Positions 59,733 to 64,000 of a DNA stretch of 64,000 nucleotides are shown piece by piece. The notes beneath the pieces were generated by a model. It ran no database searches and was not told where the DNA came from. It was given only the letters and a program-made list of their open reading frames with translations. Within the stretch, counting starts at the first letter, position 1. Each line of letters begins with the position of its first letter. The position numbers and the translations under genes were made by a program. This DNA comes from Acidobacteriota bacterium (GTDB taxonomy: Bacteria > Acidobacteriota > UBA6911 > JACQSX01), in contig DASXQR010000083.1 of assembly GCA_036507075.1 (NCBI GenBank), positions 96,001-160,000 on the forward strand, read 5' to 3'.

Positions 59733-61550
59733 ATGCCGTTTGCAGACGCTTCATCGACAACCAACAAAGGAGGACGGGGCAAGGGCTCCTACAAGGGGTC
59801 TCGATCCACATTCCGTCCCATCCACGTCGCGCCTCCCGTTTTTGACGTCGATGAAAAGGAATCTTACGAAGATCTTCTGAAAGCCTACGACTCGACTTTC
59901 AAGAATTACTCGGAAGGCCAGGTCGTGAAGGGAGTGGTTCTGAGTGTCACCAATTCAGACGTGATCGTAGACGTAGGATTCAAGTCTGAAGGCATCATCA
60001 ACCTGGACGAGTTCCGCGATGAATCAGGCCGCGTGAATGTTCAACCGGGCGACGCCATCGAAGTTCTACTGGAAACGACTGAAAACCGCGACGGTTATGT
60101 CGTGCTTTCCCGCGAGAAAGCGGAAAAGATGAAAATCTGGGACGACATCGAGCGCGCCTACAATGAACAGAGCATCATTACCGGACGCGTCATCGAGCGT
60201 ATCAAAGGCGGCCTGGCGGTTGACATCGGCATTCGGGCTTTTCTGCCGGGGTCGCAGGTCGATCTGCATCCGGTGCGAAACCTCGACAGCCTGCGCGGCG
60301 AGCAACTTCAGATGAAGGTGATCAAGGTAAACAAACGCCGCGGCAATATTGTGCTCTCGCGCAAGATCGTCCTGGAAGAGCAAAGCCTGCGCGCAAAATC
60401 CGAGACGCTGAAGGTTCTCGAAGAGGGAATGGTGGCGGAAGGTATCGTAAAGAACCTGACCGACTACGGTGCTTTCATCGACCTTGGCGGAATTGACGGG
60501 TTGCTCCATATCACAGACATGTCCTGGGGGCGGGTTAATCACCCTTCCGAGCTTTTCCAGGTGGGCGACAAAATCCAGGTCAAAGTGCTCAAGTTTGACA
60601 AGGGCGAAGAGAAGGTCTCGCTGGGCTATAAGCAGTTGACCGAGGATCCATGGGAAACGGCGGAGCATCGGTACTTGAAAGGCGCCAAGGTCAACGGAAA
60701 GGTTGTCAGCCTGACCGATTACGGCGCGTTTGTGGAATTGGAGCAGGGTGTCGAAGGTCTGATCCATATCAGTGAGATGACCTGGAACAAACGCATCAAG
60801 CATCCTTCCAAGCTGCTTTCCGTGGGAAGCGAAGTGGAGGCGATCGTGCTCGACATCGATCCTGTTGCACGGCGCATCAGCCTGGGAACCAAGCAGACCG
60901 AACAGAACCCGTGGGAGATCATCAGCGAGAAGTACGCCGTCAATTCGATCATTAGCGGAAAAGTTCGCAATATTACCGACTTCGGCGCCTTCATCGAAGT
61001 GGAGGATGGAGTGGACGGACTGGTTCACATCTCCGACCTGTCCTGGAGCAAGAAGATCAAGCATCCCTCCGAGGTGCTCAAGAAAGGCGATGTAGTCAAC
61101 GCGGTCGTGCTCAACGTCGATGCTGACAACCAGCGGCTTTCCCTGGGCATCAAGCAACTCGAGCCGGACAAGTGGGAAGAGTTCTTTTCACAGCACGAGA
61201 TTGGCGACGTTGTTCCCGGAAAGATCGTCCGGATCACCAATTTTGGAGCGTTCCTGGAACTGGCTCCCGGAGTGGAAGGCCTGTGCCATGTTTCCGAGTT
61301 GGATGACAAGCGCATTGAAAAGGCCGAGGACCATTTTTCCGTAGGCCAGGAACTCGACCTCAAAATCATCAAGATGAATCTTCTCGAGAAGAAGATCGGT
61401 TTGAGCCTGAAAGCTTTAAAAGACGACAGCGGATCCGACGACGATTTCAAGGCCTACATGAGCAGATCTGAATCAGGTTCCAGCACCATGGGCGAACTGG
61501 CCAAAGAGCAGTTGGAAAGCCTTCGCTCCCAGGTCCAGAAGAAAGACTAA
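59733..61550 (+). CDS. rpsA: 30S ribosomal protein S1
   Basis: Six S1 repeats (TDYGAF..L..G.EGL.HISE); AGGAGG RBS. Confidence 0.97.
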   Translation: MPFADASSTTNKGGRGKGSYKGSRSTFRPIHVAPPVFDVDEKESYEDLLKAYDSTFKNYSEGQVVKGVVLSVTNSDVIVDVGFKSEGIINLDEFRDESGRVNVQPGDAIEVLLETTENRDGYVVLSREKAEKMKIWDDIERAYNEQSIITGRVIERIKGGLAVDIGIRAFLPGSQVDLHPVRNLDSLRGEQLQMKVIKVNKRRGNIVLSRKIVLEEQSLRAKSETLKVLEEGMVAEGIVKNLTDYGAFIDLGGIDGLLHITDMSWGRVNHPSELFQVGDKIQVKVLKFDKGEEKVSLGYKQLTEDPWETAEHRYLKGAKVNGKVVSLTDYGAFVELEQGVEGLIHISEMTWNKRIKHPSKLLSVGSEVEAIVLDIDPVARRISLGTKQTEQNPWEIISEKYAVNSIISGKVRNITDFGAFIEVEDGVDGLVHISDLSWSKKIKHPSEVLKKGDVVNAVVLNVDADNQRLSLGIKQLEPDKWEEFFSQHEIGDVVPGKIVRITNFGAFLELAPGVEGLCHVSELDDKRIEKAEDHFSVGQELDLKIIKMNLLEKKIGLSLKALKDDSGSDDDFKAYMSRSESGSSTMGELAKEQLESLRSQVQKKD

Positions 61551-61570
61551 CGTCCGACTAGGGAGGCACT

Positions 61571-61858
61571 ATGACCAAGGCCGAGTTGGTGGAAGAGGTT
61601 GCCAAAAACTCACAGCTCACGAAGAAGGATGCCGAAGTAATTGTCCAGACCGTTCTGGACAGCATTATCGATTCTCTAAAGGAAGGTAGAAAAGTCGAAC
61701 TGCGGGGTTTTGGAAGCTTCCGTTTGCGCCAGCGCTCCGGTCGTACCGGTAGAAATCCAAAAACCGGTGAAAAAGTCAAAGTTCCGGCCAAGCGTATTCC
61801 CTACTTCAAACCCGGCAAAGAGCTCAAGGATCTGATCAACAGGCAGCTTCCCGCTTAA
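61571..61858 (+). CDS. ihfB: Integration host factor beta / HU family protein
   Basis: MTKAEL, VELRGFGSF, GRNPKTG, FKPGKEL; follows rpsA. Confidence 0.85.
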   Translation: MTKAELVEEVAKNSQLTKKDAEVIVQTVLDSIIDSLKEGRKVELRGFGSFRLRQRSGRTGRNPKTGEKVKVPAKRIPYFKPGKELKDLINRQLPA

Positions 61859-61865
61859 TTCCTCG

Positions 61866-62342
61866 ATGGATTATCTCTGGACGCCGTGGCGGTTCCAGTA
61901 CATCTCCGCCACGCCCAAAAGCCAGGATTGCCTCTTCTGCCTTGCAGTAAAGGAAAGCCGGGACAGCGAGACTCTGATTGTCCACCGGGGCGAGCACTGC
62001 TTTATCATTCTCAACCGCTTTCCATACAACAACGGCCATCTAATGATTGCTCCTTATCGCCACATTCCTTTGCTCGAAGACGCCTCGCCGGTCGAGAGGC
62101 AAGAGATGATGGAATTTTTGGCGCGATGCCAGACACTGCTGCGCGAGATCTACAAACCCGAAGGCTTCAATCTGGGGATGAATATCGGCAGATGCGCCGG
62201 CGCCGGAGTTGCAGGGCATATCCACATGCATCTTCTACCGCGCTGGGGCGGGGATGCAAACTTCATGAGCGTGGTAGGAGAAACCCGCGTCCTGCCGGAA
62301 GATCTCAAGACCACCTACCAAAAAATCTCCAGTCGTTTTTAG
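61866..62342 (+). CDS. HIT family hydrolase (Ap4A phosphorylase-like)
   Basis: LWTPWR..Y, CLFC, N.FPYN.GH, HIHMHLLPRW.GD.NF. Confidence 0.9.
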   Translation: MDYLWTPWRFQYISATPKSQDCLFCLAVKESRDSETLIVHRGEHCFIILNRFPYNNGHLMIAPYRHIPLLEDASPVERQEMMEFLARCQTLLREIYKPEGFNLGMNIGRCAGAGVAGHIHMHLLPRWGGDANFMSVVGETRVLPEDLKTTYQKISSRF

Positions 62343-62347
62343 TTCAG

Positions 62348-62410
62348 TTTTTACCACCAGGGCACCAAGGCACAAAGCGAGCAATGGTGCCTTGTGTCTT
62401 GGTGGTAAAA
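62348..62410. repeat. Palindromic TTTTACCACCA element
   Basis: TTTTACCACCAGGGCACCAAGGCAC ... GTGCCTTGTGTCTTGGTGGTAAAA. Confidence 0.7.
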
Positions 62411-62622
62411 TTTTTTCCGATACGAATCCCCGATGCTTCCCATTGTCAAGCGATTTTTTCTCGACGGAAATCTCTTGAAATCCGCTCTGGACGCGGGTTT
62501 CAGAAGGCAGAAATTCCAAAAAAAATTTTTTGGTTTCTTGTTGAAAATCATCTCTTCGATTTGCTAGTTTTACTCACTCAAATTCTCAGGACCGAGCAAG
62601 ACACTAAAAGAGAACAAGCCAC

Positions 62623-62654
62623 TTTTCCACACCTGTGCATAACGTTGTGGAAAA
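62623..62654. promoter_or_regulatory. Cluster of three DnaA boxes (oriC or dnaA promoter region)
   Basis: TTTTCCACA (62623), TGTGCATAA (62634), TGTGGAAAA (62646) in AT-rich DNA upstream of dnaA. Confidence 0.75.
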
Positions 62655-62785
62655 CCAAAATTAAAATTTGAGTTTTTGGCTGGTTTTGCCCCCGCTTTCC
62701 AGCCTTCCCCGTTGAAGCGATTCTCCGGGTCAATCTCGGAGTGTTTGTTTCAGCGATGATTGTGTCTTCGGCTTTTTTTCGTGCT

Positions 62786-64000
62786 ATGAATCTGTGGGAA
62801 ATCCTGCTATCGAAGATACAAAAGAAGATCAGCCATCAGAATTTTGACACTTGGTTTAAGCCTTTGCTCTACCTCGGCGAGTGCGAAGGCAAACTTCTGG
62901 TGCAGGTGCCGAACGGCCATTTTCGATCCTGGCACTTGGAGAACTACGACAGGCTAATGCGGCGATCTCTGGACGAAGTAGGCGTGCCGGGAGACATTCG
63001 GTTTGTGCTTCCGGATGAGAATCAGGCGAATTCCTCCACCAGCGATAATCTGGTCCCGGTTCAATCTCCCACCGAGCCCCTCAATCTTAATTCCAAATAC
63101 ACTTTTGAAACTTTCGTGGTCGGCTTTTCCAACCAGTTTGCGCATGCTGCTGCGCTGGCAATCGCCGAGCAGCCTTCCAAGGCCTATAACCCGCTTTTTA
63201 TTTATGGGGGAGTGGGACTGGGCAAGACTCACCTGATGCATGCCATCGGCCACTGCATCCTGAAAAAATATCCGCGGGCAAAACTCACTTATATGTCTTC
63301 GGAACGTTTCATGAACGAGCTGATTAATTCAATTCGCTACGATCGAACCCTTCAGTTCCGCGACAAATATCGAAATATCGATGTTCTGTTGATGGACGAC
63401 ATCCAGTTTCTGGCAGGCAAGGAGCGCACGCAGGAGGAGTTTTTTCACACTTTTAACGCTCTTTACGATGCCCAGAAACAAATCGTCATTTCCAGCGACT
63501 GCCCGCCCAAGGAAATCCCCACTCTTGAGGAACGGCTGCATTCGCGCTTCGAGTGGGGGTTAATCGCCGATATCCAGCCGCCCGATCTGGAAACCAAAAT
63601 CGCCATACTGCGTCGCAAAGCTGAAATGGAGGGAATAGTTCTACCCGACGACGTCGCCTTTTTCATTGCAAGCAACATCAAGTCAAACATCCGGGAACTG
63701 GAAGGATCGCTGGTGCGACTGATCGCCTATTCGTCTCTAACCGGCATGGACATTGAACTCTCGCTGGCCCAGGAGGTACTGAAAAACATTGTGGGAGATA
63801 CGCAGCGAGCAATTTCCATCGAACTGATTCAAAAAACAGTTGCGGAGTTTTTTAATTTAAAGGTTTCCGAGCTGAAGGCAAAAAACAATTCTCGATGCGT
63901 CGCAGAGCCGCGCCAGATCGCCATGTACATCTGCAAGGAACTCACCGATTGCTCTCTGCCCCAGATTGGCCGTGAGTTTGGCGGAAAACATCACACGACA
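62786..64000 (+). CDS. dnaA: Chromosomal replication initiator DnaA (3' end off the window)
   Basis: Manual translation [56 protein letters not shown]. Confidence 0.98.
   Translation, partial: MNLWEILLSKIQKKISHQNFDTWFKPLLYLGECEGKLLVQVPNGHFRSWHLENYDRLMRRSLDEVGVPGDIRFVLPDENQANSSTSDNLVPVQSPTEPLNLNSKYTFETFVVGFSNQFAHAAALAIAEQPSKAYNPLFIYGGVGLGKTHLMHAIGHCILKKYPRAKLTYMSSERFMNELINSIRYDRTLQFRDKYRNIDVLLMDDIQFLAGKERTQEEFFHTFNALYDAQKQIVISSDCPPKEIPTLEERLHSRFEWGLIADIQPPDLETKIAILRRKAEMEGIVLPDDVAFFIASNIKSNIRELEGSLVRLIAYSSLTGMDIELSLAQEVLKNIVGDTQRAISIELIQKTVAEFFNLKVSELKAKNNSRCVAEPRQIAMYICKELTDCSLPQIGREFGGKHHTT

Noticed and set aside
60066..61157. Long antisense ORFs (also 8209-9066, 32780-33796, 42044-43045, 49526-50428)
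   Set aside because: Shadows of well-supported genes on the opposite strand, with no motifs of their own

Overview
Bacterial chromosomal window close to the replication origin. It is probably from Acidobacteriota, inferred from two acidobacterial-type VWA proteins and the general gene content. The left end carries parB (partial), parA, two parS sites, rsmG and mnmG, with mnmE transcribed divergently. The right end carries prmC, prfA, rpmE, rpsA, an IHF/HU subunit, a DnaA-box cluster and dnaA (partial). Between them lie housekeeping genes (fabI, acs, cysK, rnhB, iscS, tRNA-Thr) and two xanthine-oxidase-family molybdoenzyme operons: an Hcr-like one whose catalytic Glu position is Gln, and a form-II Cox-like one. 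There is also a candidate cAMP circuit (M48 peptidase, MscS-cNMP channel and MBL hydrolase in one operon, with a CHASE2 adenylate cyclase nearby), a decayed vapBC pair and an IS remnant. The most striking non-coding signal is that about 20 intergenic gaps hold palindromic elements from several families: long nested MITE-like hairpins, short-period stutter arrays facing their own reverse complement, and REP-like units. I found no CRISPR array, prophage, reverse transcriptase or intact transposase. All calls come from motif recognition by eye; no searches were run.
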